From NCBI RefSeq assembly GCF_963921235.1, contig NC_086108.1, forward strand, positions 14,136,001 through 14,200,000: DNA of 64,000 nt, written 5' to 3'. The notes under the pieces were generated by a model. It was not told where the DNA came from. It ran no database searches and saw only the letters and a list, made by a program, of their open reading frames with translations. This DNA comes from Mobula hypostoma (lineage: Eukaryota). Position numbers and translations under genes: made by a program. This document shows, one piece after another, positions 37,623 to 51,000 of the stretch; position 1 is the stretch's first letter, and each line of letters starts with the position of its first letter.

Positions 37623-39239
37623 ATCTGTCCGTTGCTGGAATTGCTCAACAGATTGGGCTCAGTGCTTCTGATGTGTCAATGTAGACAATCAGATTGCACT
37701 GGGCTTTGTCTCCAACTTGTACATGTGGCTATTAACTGTTGTCAATATGGGTAGGTGGAAAGCATGCAAGGGTTTCTAGAGCTGTGATAGTATTGGGTTC
37801 CCTGTCCACAAAGCCCTAAACTGTGAAAAAAATACTTTAAGACCTATCCGATTTAGATATCACTGTAGGAGGGTTACACTGAATCCATCTACTCTTCAAA
37901 GATTAACGTACTTCCCTGTCTATCCAAAGCAGTGAGGTTTATCTGTCAATAGCCACTGCTTGTGGTGCCCCCACCGAGGAGGAGATACTTCTAGCTATCG
38001 AAGTAGCTTAAACACAGTTTACTTTATCTTAAATGATACACAGTTAAATTTAAACAAATAGTTCTTAATACACATTTAACACTCACAGAGGATTTATAAA
38101 AGATTTCTGAATTACAAATGATTTACAAACTACAAAGGATTTCCAAACAAGTACAATTCTTATGAACTGGAAATCATACCAAGTTGCAGGCGAGCGAGTC
38201 GTCGGACAAAAACTAAAGGTTGAGTATTGAATTCCAGTTCTTCTTTATTCAACCCTATATTTCTGTCATTCTCCTTGTCATTCCTAATTCCTAATGCTTG
38301 TCATATTTATACTATTTTCTACTGGATGACATCATCTGCATATGTTCCAGATACCTTTGCTGGAACAAAGTAATTCGCACAGATGGATTTAAAAGCTTCT
38401 GATTGCAGAGATCCAAAAAATCCACAATTAACATTGTGAGGATGACCTTCTGAGTACATAAACGGCCCAACTTGTAACAATGCTTGATGTGCTTAGTGAC
38501 ATAACACTTTGTCTTGTGTTTGGCTAATGGAGACAAGAAGTCACTTTGCAAAGCTGTGACTCCAACTTCAAATTGATGGCTGCTTGCAACTTACATTAAG
38601 AACTGGCTCTGGTTCTTGTTTACAACAAAAAGCTGAGCAAAGAATATTTGTTACAAGTTCAACTTTATCACCAACAATTCTGACCCTTTGAAAGGGTTAT
38701 GTTGTTGTGCAAGAGCTTAGCAACAAGTCTCTCAGGTTCTGGAGGGGATGCCAAGGTAGGTGTATGCAAGCTGGCTTCAGTAAAGTTTGGATCTCTTGAG
38801 TGAGCAGCAAATGCTTGAAGTACTCAGTATTTCAGAGGAAGTGTTTTAAGTAAGTACAATAATCACATTAAAAAAAACACTCAGACAGGTACACATATAG
38901 GAAGGTTTGAGAGGGATATGGGCTAAACACGTGCAAAGATGGGAATCTTGGTCAGTTTGGTCTCTGCACCTGAAGGGTATGTTTTGATGCTGACTTGAAG
39001 CTTGGCGTCTGCATATACACAAGCATCCCCTGCTAAGCTACTGTGTTTGTGTGACCTCAGATGGAGTGGTGCAGGTTGTAATAAGACTGATTGAAGGAAG
39101 TGTTAGGGCATTGACGCAGCCTTGTTTGACACCAGTCTTTACAGAGACACAAGAGACTGCAGATGCTTGAATCAGGAACAAAGAAACAAGTTGAATCCTG
39201 ACACAGGGTTTCCACCTGAAATGTTAACAATTCTTTGGT

Positions 39240-42200
39240 AACCTGCTCAGGCACCGAGCATGGATCCATGGTGCAGAAGGGAAAGAGAGAGAAGAAAGGA
39301 GCAGTAGTGTGAGGGGTCTCGATAGTGAGAGGAATAGACAGGCGATTTTGTGGACATGAACGGGTCACCCAGATTGTATGTTACGTCCCAGGTGCCAGGG
39401 TCAGGGATGTCTCAGATTGCGCCCACAACGTATTGGAGAGGGAGGGGGAACAGCCAGATGTCTTGGTACATATTGGTACCAATGGCATTGGAAGGAAAAG
39501 CAATGAGGTCCTGAAAAGAGAGTTTAGAGAGCTAGGTAGAAAGCTGGAGAAGTCGGAGCTCCTGGGTAGTAATTTTTGGATTGCTGCCTGTGCACGTGCC
39601 AGTGAGGGTAGAAACAGGATGATTTGGTAGAGATGTGTGGCTGAGAAGCTGGTGCCGGGGGCAGGGCTTCAGGTTCTTTGATAATTGGGATCTCTTCTGA
39701 GGGAGGTATGACCTGTTCAAAAGTGACGGGTTGCACCTGAACCCAAAGGGGACCAATATTCTCGAGGGTAGGTTTGTTAGAGCTGTTGGGGTGGCAGAGG
39801 AGTGGGAACCAGAGTGAAGGGACTCAGGAAAGGACAGATGGTAAAAAAGTAAAGAGAGCGTGCAGTCAGATTGTCAGGAAGGGCAGGCAGGCGATGGGAC
39901 TTAGTTGCAGCCCGCAAGCTGAGTATCAAATCATTAGGGATGCAGAATCAGAAAGGACAGCAAATACAGTACTCAAGGTGTTGTATCTAAATGCGCATAG
40001 TATAAGAAATAGGTGGATGATCTTGTTTCAATATTACAGATTGCCAAGTATGATGTTGTGGCCATCACTGAATTGTGGCTGAAGTATGGTTGCAGTTGGG
40101 AGCTGAATGTCCAAGGTTACACGTTGTATCGGAGGGATAGGAAGGTAGGCAGAGGGGGTGGTGTGCTCCACTGGTAAAAAATGGCATCAAATCAGTAGGA
40201 AGATGTGATATAGGATCGGAAGATGTTGGATCCTTGTGGGTTGAGTTAAGAAACTGCAAGGGTAAAAAGATGTTGATGGCAGTTATATACAGAGCTCCCA
40301 ACTGTGGCTGGGAGATGGACCACAGGTTACAACAGGAAATAGAAAAGGCGAGTCAAAAGGGCAATGTTACGGTAGTCATGGGAGATTTTAACATGCAGGT
40401 CGATTGGGAAAATCAAGTTGGTAATGGGTCTCAAGAGAGTGAGTTTGTTGAATGTCTAAAAGATAGCTTTTTAGAGCAGTTAAACCTGCTAGGGGATCAG
40501 CTATACTGGATTGGGTGTTATGTAATGAACCGGAGGCGATTAGGGAGCTTGAGCCCTCAGGAACCAGTGATCACAATATGATTGCATTCAACTCAAAATT
40601 TGATAGGGAGAAAGTAGAGTCTGTTGCAGCAGTATTTCAGTGGAATAAAGGAAAATACAGTGGTATGAGAGAGAAGTTGGCCAAAGTAAATTGGAAGGAG
40701 CTGCTGGCAGGGATGTCAGCAAAGCAGCAATGGTGTGCGTTTCTGGGAAAAATGAGAAAGGTGCAGGACGTGTATTCTAAAAATGAAGAAATACTCAAAT
40801 GGTAAAATAGTACAACTGTGCTGACAAGGGAAGTCAAAGCTATTGTAAAAGGGCGTAAAACAAAGCGAAAATTAGTTGGAAGATAGAGGATTGGGAAGCT
40901 TTTAAAAACCTACAGAGAGCAAGTAAAAAGTCACGAGAAAGGAAAAGATGAAATATGAAAGCAAGCTAGCAAATAATACCAAAGTCGATCGTAAAATTTT
41001 TTTCAAGTATGTTAAAAATAAAAGAGAAATGAGAGTGGACATAGGACTGCTAGAAAATGAGGTAGGAGAAATAATAATGGGAGACAAGGGGATGGTTGAT
41101 GAACTAAGTGAGTATTTTACATTAGTATTCACTATGGAAGACAATAGCAGTACGCCTGATGTAGTGTGTGAAGGAAGAGAGGCGGGTGCAGTTACTGTTA
41201 CAAGAGAGAAGGAGCTTAAAACGCTGAAAGACCCAAAGGTACATAAGTCACCCGGACCAGAGGAACTGCACCCTAGGATTCTGAAAGAGGTAGAGTAGAG
41301 ATTGTGGTGGCATTAAAAATTATTTTTCAGAAATCATTGGACTCTGGCATGGTGTCAGAGTACTGGAAAATTGCAAAATGTTACTCCACTGTTTAAGAAA
41401 GGAGGAAGGTAGCATAAAGGAAACTATAGACTAGTTAGCTTGACCTCAGTGGTTGAGAAGATGCGAGAGTCAAATGTTAAGGATGAGGTGATGGAGTACT
41501 TGGTGACACAGGATAAGATAGTACAAAGTCAGCATGGTGTCCTTCAGGGAAAATCCTGCCTGACAAGCCTGTTGGAATTCGTTGAGGAGATTACAAGTAG
41601 GATAGATAAAGGAGATGCAGTGGATGTTGTATAGAAGACCTTTGACAAGGTGCCTCACATGAGGCTGCTTACCAAGTTAGAAACCTATGGTATTACAGGA
41701 AAGTTACAAATGTGGTTAGAGCATTGGCTGATTGGTAGGAGGCAGCGAGTAGGAACAAAAGGATCCTTTTCTGGTTGGCTGTCAGTGACTAGTGGTGTTC
41801 TGCAGGGGTGGATGTTGGGACTACTTTTTATGCTGTATGTAAATGATTTAGGTGATGGAATAGATGGCTTTTTTGCCAGGTTTGCAGATGATATGAAGAT
41901 TGGAGGAGGGGCAGGTAATGTTGAGGAAATGGGTAGGGTGCAGAAGGATTTAGACAGATTAGGAGAATGGGCAAGAAAGTTGCAAATGAAATACAATGAA
42001 TTGAATTGAATTGACTTTATTTCTTGTATCCTTCACATACTTGAGTAAAAATCTTTACGTTGCGTCTCCATCTAAATGCACAATGTGCAATCATAGTCAT
42101 TTATAATATTTTATAATAAATAGAACAGTCAATATATCATAGAAATACACTCAAAATAGTGTGAGTTAAGCATTCTGATGGCCTGATGGAAGAAGCTGTC

Positions 42201-44205
42201 CCGGAATCTGTTGGTCCTGGCTTTTATGCTGAGGTACCGTTTCCCAAATGGTAGCAGGTGGAACAGTTTGTGGTTGGGGTGACTCGGGTCCCCAATGATC
42301 TTACGGGCCCTTTTAACACACCTGTTGTTGTAAATGTCCTGAATCATGGGAAGTTCACAACTACAGATGCACTGGGCTGTCCACACCACTCTCTGCAGAA
42401 TACTGCAATTAAGAGAGATACAGTTCCCATACCATGCAGTGATGCAGCCAGTCAGGATGCTCTCAATTGTGCCCCTGTAGAAAGTTCTTAGGATTTGGGG
42501 GCTCACACCAAACTTCCTCAATCGTCTGAGGTGAAAGAGGTGCTGTTGTGCCTTTTTCACCACACAGCTGATGAGTACAGACCATGTGAGGTCCTCGGTG
42601 ATGTGGATGCCGAGGAACTTAAAGCTGTTTACCCTCTCAACGCCAGATCCATTGATGTCAATATGAGTTAGCCCATCTGCATTCCTCTTGTAATTCAAAA
42701 CCAGCTCCTTTGTTTTTGCGACATTGAGGGAGAGGTTGTTTTCTTGACACCATTGTGTCAGAGAGATGACTTCTTCCCTGTAGGCCACCTCATTATTATT
42801 TGAGATTAGGCCAATCAATGTAGTGTCATCGGCAAATTTAATTAGCAGATTAGAGCTGTGGGTGGCAATACAGTCATCGGTAGACAGGGAGTAAAGGAGG
42901 GGACAGTACACATCACTGAGGGGCTCATGCTTTGAGAGTCAGAGGGGTGGAGGTGAGGGAGCCCACTCTTACCACCTGCCGGCATTGGACAGGAAGTCCA
43001 GGATCCAGCTTCACAAGGCAAGGTCTAGGCCAAGGTCTCTGAGCTTCTTGTTGAGTCTGGATGGAACTATGGTGTTGAATGCTGAACTACAGTTCAAGAA
43101 CAGCATTCTCATATAAGCATCCTTCTTCTCCACCTGTGTAAGGATGGTATGTAGAGCAGTGGCTATTGTGTCGTCTGTCGATCGGTTGTGTTGGTAGGTG
43201 AATTGTAGGGGGTCCAGTTTTGGTTTTTATTACTGAGATGAGTGCAACAGGACGCCAGTTGTTCAGACATGTTACCTTGCTCTTTTTTGGTACAGGGACA
43301 ATGGTGGATAATTTGTAGCAGGAGGGCACTCTACACTGGGAGAGGGAGAGATTAAAAATGTTAGTCAACACACCTGCCATGTTGGAAAATGCATAGTCGT
43401 GCACTTTGGTAGTAGAAATAAAAGTGTGGACTATTTTCTGAATGGGGAGAAAATCCAGGAATCTGAGATGCAGAGGGTCTTGGGAGTCCTTGTGCGGAAC
43501 ACCCTGGAGGTTAACTTGCAGGTTGAGTCGGTGGTGAAGGAGGCAAATGCCATGTTAGCATTAATTTCAAGACGTCTAGAATACAAGAGCAAGGATGTGA
43601 TGCTGAGGATTTATAAGCCACTGGTGAGGCCTCACCTTGAGTATTGTGAACAGTTTTGGGCTCCTTATCTTAGAAAAGATGTGCTGGCATTGGAGAGGGT
43701 CCAGAGGAGGTTCACAAGGATGATTCCAGGAATGATAGGGTTATGATACGAGGAACATTTGATGGTTCTGGGTCTGTACTCGCTGGAATACAGAAGGATG
43801 AGGGGGGGATCCCATTGAAACCTTTGGAATGTTGAAAGGCCTAGACAGAGTAGATAAAGGAAGGATGTTTCCCATGGTGGGAGAATCTAGGTCAAGAGGG
43901 CACAGCCCCAAGATAGCGGGGCACCCTTTCAAAACAGAGGTGTGGAGAAATTGCTTTAGCCAAAAGGTGGTGAATTTGTGGAATTTGTTGCCACATGCAG
44001 CTGTGGAGACCAGGTTGTTGGGTGTATTTAAGGCAGAGATTGATAGGTTCTTGATTGGACATGATATCAAAGGTTATGGATAGAAGGCCGGAACTACGGT
44101 TGAGGAGGAGATTTTAAAAAAAAGGAGCAGCCATGATTGAATGGTGGAGCCGACTCAATGGGCCAGATGCCCTAATTCTGCTCCTATGTCTTATGGTCTT
44201 ATGGT
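39240..44205 (+). mobile_element. Near full-length degenerate CR1 LINE, interrupted by a Rex1-like element
   Basis: ORF1 esterase (PGARVRDV, VHIGTN), VLYLNAHSIRN, MGDFN, SDHN, FADDMK, RPHLEYC; (TCTTATGG)n tail. Confidence 0.92.
41999..43378 (-). mobile_element. Young 5'-truncated Rex1/Babar-like LINE nested in CR1
   Basis: 260-aa minus ORF PLLYSL...KFADDTT...LNVAKTKELV; (TTGAA)n tail; host resumes TACAATG/ATGTTGG (possible 3-bp ATG duplication). Confidence 0.9.
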
Positions 44206-44339
44206 TCCCTCCCCCCCACCCCCACCCCACAGATACTACTCGGTACTTTGAGTTTCTCCAGCAGATTGTTTGCTGGTCCTTACTGAGATGGATTCTGTAG
44301 ATCCATTGGTTAGGATACAGTTTTCATGAGGCCGAACTT

Positions 44340-44485
44340 CTGCTGAATTTGGAGACGGTATACCCCAGTCTCTCTTGGTAGATGGAGGCAAAGGCTTTAG
44401 CCAAGGGTACTGCTGAATTTGGAGATGGTATACCCCAGTCTTTCTTGGTAGATGGAGGCAAAGGCTTTAGCCAAGGTTACTGCTG
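44340..44485. repeat. 70-bp tandem duplication
   Basis: CTGCTGAATTTGGAGA...GCCAAGG at 44340 and 44410, three mismatches. Confidence 0.92.
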
Positions 44486-44589
44486 CTCTCTGCATTTTTC
44501 AAGCATGTGTTAAGGCAAGATTTTTTTGTGGGTTGTCATGGAACATAACCTCCTTGACCAGTGGGAGAAGGCAGTTGATGAAACCCCTC

Positions 44590-45660
44590 AACTGCCAGAT
44601 TATTGTTTAACCCTTTCTTACTGTACAATGCTAAATCTAAAATAGCCTGTTCCCTTGTTGGTTCCTCAAAATAGTGTTCTAGAAAGCCATCTCCATTAAA
44701 TTCATCCTCCACACTATTACTGCTAATTTAGTTAGCCCAGTCTATATATAGTTTCAAGTCTCGAATGGTTTATTGTATTACCTTTGTTACATTCACATCG
44801 AATTTCCTGATTTATACCTGCCCTACATTAGCACCACTGTTTAAGGCCTATGTACAACTCTCACCAATGCAGTCTGCCCCTTGCTGTTTCTTAGCTCCAC
44901 CCAAATGACTAAACATTTTTGATTTCCTGAGAATAGATCCTTCCACTTCAATGTCTTTATTTCATCAATTATTTTAAAGTCATTTGTTTTTCTTTTCCAG
45001 TTTGCCTGTCTCTTTTAAAAATTAAGAATCCTGGAATCTTGCAACCATGTCCTTGTTAGATCTTATCCATTTATTTGGAAATTTGTTGTGCATCTAGCAT
45101 TTAGCATCTAGATAAAGAAACCTCATTTCTGTTGTTTTGCAGTTTTTCCCTGCTCAATCTCTAATTCAATGTATACCCTTGTGCATGTATATGCTATCCT
45201 TTTCTGACACACTTTGTGCTCATTATTACCATTCTGCACCATTATTTTGTCTTTGATTGTCAACTTAAAAAAAAAATTCTTGCCAAAGCTCCCCAGCCCA
45301 CCATTATTCATATGAAAGTCTTATCTGCGACCCTAGTTATTCAATTAGGTGGAACGCTGTCCAAACAAATACCTTTCCCAGTACTAGTGCTAGCGACCAG
45401 TGAATTGAAACTCATTTTTCCTATACCAAGCTTTGACCCACAAGTTGAACCCTCTGATCTGATTGACAGTTTGCACATGGCTCAGGTAGGAATTCAGAGA
45501 TTATTACTTTGGTGGTTCTGTCTTGATTCAGAAATTGGTTTCTCATATTCCTTCTGTTAGTCGATTCCCAGATGTACCACAAGAACCGGATCTTTCTCCT
45601 CCCTTTTCATGTTCCTGCCTAGCCTTGTGCAGGTAGCATTTAGACTGCACTTGTGGCTGC
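44590..45660 (-). mobile_element. Old CR1 endonuclease/ORF1 fragment
   Basis: Degenerate similarity to 15000-15940. Confidence 0.5.
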
Positions 45661-45819
45661 AGAAAATAGTTCCAACAAGAAGATGATAGGTGCAGCTGCA
45701 ATGTGACTGATGGATGTCAGAGAGTAACCAGCAAACAGACGTGGATTTTGAGAAACTTTCATTTGAGTTGTTGAGCCGAAGTCTGAGAAGAATGGTGAAA
45801 TTTACCTGGGGAGTTCAAT

Positions 45820-46570
45820 CATAGTCCTTAGGGTCATGGAATCATACAGCAGGGAAACAGGCCCTTTGACCCCACTTGCCTATGCTGACCAAGGTTCCTA
45901 TCAGTGATGGCCCTATTTGCCCGCATCCCTTGAAACCAGGATTCTCAAACTTTTTTATGGCATGGACCCTTACCATTAACTGAAGGGTTGGTGGACCCTA
46001 GTTTGTCTAAATGTTTTCTGTCCATGTACCAGATCAAGTGCTTTTTTTAAATGTTGTTAATGTACCCTCCTCAACAACTTCCTCTGACGTCTCATTCCAT
46101 GACCGCCCTCTTGGGTGAAAAAGTTGGTCTCAGGTTTCCATGAAATCTCCTCTCTCACTCTAAGAGAAGTTGGTTATATATCCGGATGGGATGGGAGGAG
46201 TATGGAGGGCTGTGGTCCAGGTGCACGTTAATGGGATGAGGCAGAATATAGTTTGGCATAGACTGGGTGTGCTGGAAGGCCTGTTTTTGTGCTACAGTGC
46301 TCTATGGCTCTATGCTGTCTCGTTCCTGATTTCCTTTCTGTGTGAAAAATACTGTGCACATTCCCCCTATCCATGCCCCTCATAGTTTTATACAGCTCTG
46401 TAAGATCACCCCTCATTCACCGATGCGCAATGAAGAATGTCCCAGCCTAATCAACCTATCCTTATAACTTAGTTGCCTCTCTATCCTTGCCAGATTAGCG
46501 GCATATTTTCTTTATATAGTGGTCAAAACTGAACTCAATGTTCTAGATGCAGTCTCACTTAGATTACAAA
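45820..46570 (-). mobile_element. CR1 3' fragment with small nested inserts
   Basis: Minus ORF MRGDLTELYKTMRGMDRG. Confidence 0.65.
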
Positions 46571-46574
46571 ATAG

Positions 46575-47410
46575 CTAGGATTGATCGGTAGTCAGGAACA
46601 AAAGGATGTTAATGCAGACATGTGTGAGGTGTTGCACTCACAAATCAGGTAGCAGTCATACAGTGAACAGTAGGGCACTGAGGAGTGCAGTAAACCAGAG
46701 GGATCTGGGAATATAGATACATAATTCCTTGAAAGTGATGCCACAAGTAGATAGTATCGTAAAGAAAGTTTTCGACACATTGGCCTTCAAAATGAAAGTA
46801 TTGAGTACAGTAGATGGCATGTTAAATTGAAGTTGTATAAGACAATGGTGAGGTCTAATTTGAAGTATTTTGTCTGGTTGCCTACCTATAGGAAAGATGT
46901 CAATAAAATTGAGGGAATGTAGAGAAAATTTACAAGGATGTTGCCAGGACTTGAGAACCTGAGTGATAGAGAAAGGTTGAATGGGTTAGGACTCTTTTCC
47001 CCAGAGTGTAGGAGAGTGAGGGAAGATTTGGTATGGGTATACACAATTATGAGAGGTATAGATAAGGTAAATGCAAGCAGGCTTTTTTCATTCAGTTTCA
47101 GTGAGACTAGAATTAGAGATTATGGGTTAAGGGTGAAAGGTGAAATGTTTAAGGGGAACATGAGGGGAAACTCCTTCACCAGAGGGTGGTGAGAGTGTGG
47201 AATGAACTGCTAGCAGAAGTGGTGGACCACGATTTTGATTTCAACATTTCAGAGAATGTTGATGGGTATCAACATAGGTGCATGAATGAGTGAGGTGTGG
47301 AGGGTTGTGGTCCAGGAGCAGGTTGATAGGACTAGGAAAGTTAATAGCTTGGCATGGACTAGATGGACTGAAGGGCCTGTTTTTGTGCTGCGCTGTTCTG
47401 TGACTCTATG
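46575..47410 (+). mobile_element. CR1 3' fragment
   Basis: ORF MLPGLENLSDRERLNGLGLFS; ACTCTATG tail. Confidence 0.82.
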
Positions 47411-47519
47411 AATCAATATGAGTAAGGTCAGGCATTTCTGGGCACTCTATATGATGAAGTCCAATAAATAAAATGTTTAATGACTTTTTCACTTCTAAAT
47501 ATTTGAATCTGTTTGGCAG

Positions 47520-49530
47520 CATCAGAATCAGGTTTAATGTCACTGACATATGTCATGAAATTTGTTGTTTTGTGGCAGCAGTACATTGTAATACATAATA
47601 ATTAAAACCACTAAATTACAATAAGAAATTATATAGATAAAAATTATATACACCCTATCCTCGTTCTATGCGGGGGATACGTTCCTCGAAGTTGACGCAT
47701 AATGTGAATAATTATTTAAATGCAGAAAATAGGGATGCGTTCCAGAGGGCTTACTAAATATGTTTTATCTGTAATTTATTCACATTTTCATACCAATACG
47801 ACAGAAAAGCAGTAGTACAAGACAACATTTGTATTATATTTCATCAATTTAAGGTAATATTCAATGTAATAAATCATAGAAAGTTAACATCCTCTGGTAT
47901 ACAGTACTCACCAACAGTGGCAAGTGTGTTCGCTCTGGGAGATGAGTGGTTGTTGTGGTGTCGGGCAGCTTTACATGGATAAGGTGGATGGTTGTGGTCA
48001 TCAGGATCATATCAAGCACAGCAAGGGGTGAAGGAAGACTCACAGAACTCTTATAACTGCCGGCAGCAGAAGGTGATACCGATTTGAATAAAGTGGTGAG
48101 GGTTGTTTGCTTGGCAGCATTTTGTTTTTCAGCATAAATTTGCTTGTAGGGAAGAAGGGTTGACAGCAAGGAATGACTGAAATGCTGACTCCATTCTAAA
48201 CGTGGGTCCATGTCCATTGCCATTTATGCCAAGTGTTCTGACTTCCACCATTCCCTCACCATTGGTAAACTCCCGGGATTTTCAAAATCGTCTGTTGCTT
48301 GCACCATCTGAGAGATAGTTCGTCTTAAAAAAAAATACATACGCCTTGAATGTGGATCACACCTTGGTCGAGTGATTGAATCAGCGATGTTGTGTTAGGC
48401 GGCAGGAAACACACTGTTATGTTAGGATGAATGCTGTCCAAATGTTTAGGATGGGCTGGCGTATTGTCAAGCAACAAAAGAACTTTAAAGGCAAGATTCT
48501 GTTCCCGGCAGTAGCGTCCCAGAGCTGTGTTACCTTCAGCTGATGCCGCACTGTTTATAATTTCCAACTTTTTTTTCAAGTGTTAAAGTGGTTCTCTGCC
48601 GCTCGGCTGACGGCCCAGTACATGACATCGGATGCTTAGGAGGTATAGTTAAATATTTCAAGCACAAAATCACTGCACCGTAGGTAAAACCAACAAAAGT
48701 TTTAAGATCGCGCATCCAGACCTTGCCAAAACCAATGTGAGTGGCGGGAGAGAGAATGTGTGGCGCGCGCACCTGACTTGTACTGGCGGGAAAGCAGTGC
48801 TCCTCGCATAACTGTGAGTTTTGGACTCCTGTAACGAGACGTTGGTAGAAATAGATTCCTCGCATAACCGTGAATCCACATTGTCTGAAGACATATGTAA
48901 TGAGCATAGGGTGTATGGGAGAAGTATATATATTAAAAATGAATTAAGAAAGTTGTTCAAAAGGGGAGCAAAAAGGTAGTGAGGTCGTGTTCAGGGGTTC
49001 ATGGTCCTTCAGAAATCTGATGGCAGAGGGGAAGAAGCTGCTCCTGAAATGCTGAGCCTTCAGGCTTCTGTGCCTCCTCTTTTATGGTAGCAATGAGAAG
49101 AGGGCATGTCTTGGGTGAGGGGGTTCATTAATGATGCCTTTTGAAAGTGTCCTGAATGCTGGGGAGGCTAGTACTGATGTTAAGTGCAGGTTTTTGTCGT
49201 AATACCACTCAACCCGCTGATCTGGCTTACTCTTGTATGTCTCCTCTTCACAATCTGAAATTCCACCAACAATAGTTGTGTCATCAGCTAATTTATAAGT
49301 GGTGTTTGAGCTGTGCATAGCCACACAGTCTTGGATGTAGAGAGAGTAGAGCAGTGGGCTAAGCACACATCTGAGGTATGTCAGTGTTGATCGTCAGCGA
49401 GGAGGAGGTGTTACTTCTGATCCACCCTTCCCAGTGAGGAAGTCAAGGATCCAGTTGTAGAGGGAGGTACAGAGGCCAAGGTTTTGGAGCTTGTTGATTA
49501 CCTAAAGGTATGGTACTGAGGGTATGACTG
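47520..49530 (-). mobile_element. Rex1/Babar-like LINE fragment hosting the Tigger element
   Basis: (ATCAGA)n tail at 47521; minus ORF LSPLLYSLYIQDC...KLADDTT at 49082-49366. Confidence 0.8.
47651..48913 (-). mobile_element. Tigger/pogo DNA transposon, internal-deletion derivative
   Basis: TIRs CACCCTATCCTCGTT / AATGAGCATAGGGTG, TA on both sides; transposase remnants RTTLTLEK-KLEII and LLLLDNTPAH...FLPPNTTSLIQSLDQGVI. Confidence 0.9.
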
Positions 49531-49819
49531 TGCTGATCTGTAAGGAGAGAAAATATTAATGTTGTATTGGTCTTAAATATTAACCATGTTTCTAGGCATG
49601 CTGCCCAGTTGGTTGAACATTTTTTTGGTTTCTGTATTTTATTTCACCTCTCTAGTACATTGATAATTATTTTGCTCTATTATTTCAAGATCAGTTTTAG
49701 TTTGATCTCAGCCCCTGGATATAAAACATGCAGTCCAGCAAGAATCAGTTGTAGAGTGAAATCAGAATTCAAGATAATCTCTCCTGTCCTGGGTGTAAAG
49801 TATTGATAAACTAAATAAA

Positions 49820-51000
49820 TCTGGTAAATTGGTTTAATATAGTTATACGTACCAAAGTACAGTGAAAAACTTTGGTTTACCTGCCATCCATGCAGATCTT
49901 TTCATTATAATGGTGCATTGAGATCATACAAGGGAAAGCAATAACAGAATGTCTGAGCAGTTTTGGGCCTCTTATTTACGAAAGGATGTGCTGATATTGG
50001 AGAGGGTTCAGAGGATGTTCACAAATATGATTCCGGGAATGAAGGGGTTACTTTAAGAGCAGCCACTGAAGGCTCTAGATCTGTACTTGATGGAATTTAG
50101 AATAATTAGGGTAGGGTGCGGGATAACATCGAAACCTATCGAATGCTGAAAGGCCTAGATAGAGTGGATGTTTCCTTTTGGGGGTGACTAGAATCAGAGG
50201 GCACAGCCTCAAAATACGAGAGACGGTCCCTTTAGAACAGAAATGAGGAGGAATTTCTTTAGCCATATGGTGGTGAATCTGTGGAATTTGTTGCCACAGG
50301 CGACTGTGAAAGCCAAGTCATTAGGTGTATTTAAGGTGGAGGCTAATTGGTTCTTGATTAGTGATTGCGTGAAAAGTTATGGGGAGAAGGCATGAAAATG
50401 GGGTTGAGAGGGTAAGGGATCAGCCATGATGAAAGATTGGAGCAGACTTGATGGGCCGAATGGCCCAATTCTGCTTCTATGTCATGTGGTCTAATGCAGC
50501 ATAAAGTTACAGTGACATATCCTACTGTCATGTAAACAGTAAGGTGCGAGTTAGATTGTGTGGTCAAGAGTCCATCTTACCATACTAAGGAACTGTTCAG
50601 TAGCCTTATAACATTGGGATAAAAGCTGTCCATTGGCATGGTGGTACATGATTTCAGGCTTTTGTATCCTCTGCCCGATGGGAGAAAGGAGAAGAGAATG
50701 TTCAGGATGGGTGGGGTCTTTGATTATGTTGGCTGCTGTACTGAAGCTGCAAGAACTGTAGATTGAGTCCATAGACCTGGTTTCCGTGACGTGCTGACTG
50801 TGTCCCTATTTCTCTGCATTTTCTTATAGTCTCAGGGCTGTGCGGTTGCCATACCAAGCCAAGGTGTATTTAGATGCGATACTTCCTATGGTGTATCTGT
50901 AAAAATTGGTGAGATTCAAAGAGAAGATGCCAAAATTCTTTAGCCTCCTGAGGAAGTGGAGGAGTTAGTATGATTTCTTGGCTATTGTACCATCCTACTC
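49820..51000 (-). mobile_element. Rex1/Babar-like 3' fragment hosting a + CR1
   Basis: Minus ORF MDSIYSSC...AANIIKDPTHP; tail TGGTAAATTGGTTT. Confidence 0.72.
49952..50492 (+). mobile_element. CR1 3' end (nested)
   Basis: GAGCAGTTTTGGGC...TTCTATGTCATGTGGTCT; AATG on both sides. Confidence 0.82.

Noticed and set aside
37860..38260. Possible LTR/leader fragment on the minus strand (AATAAA at 38244-38249, TGG near 38181)
   Set aside because: No TG...CA pair, TSD or convincing tRNA complement could be established.
44551..44558. TCCTTGAC branch-like motif
   Set aside because: Downstream sequence does not encode PFEYMIL; chance occurrence expected.
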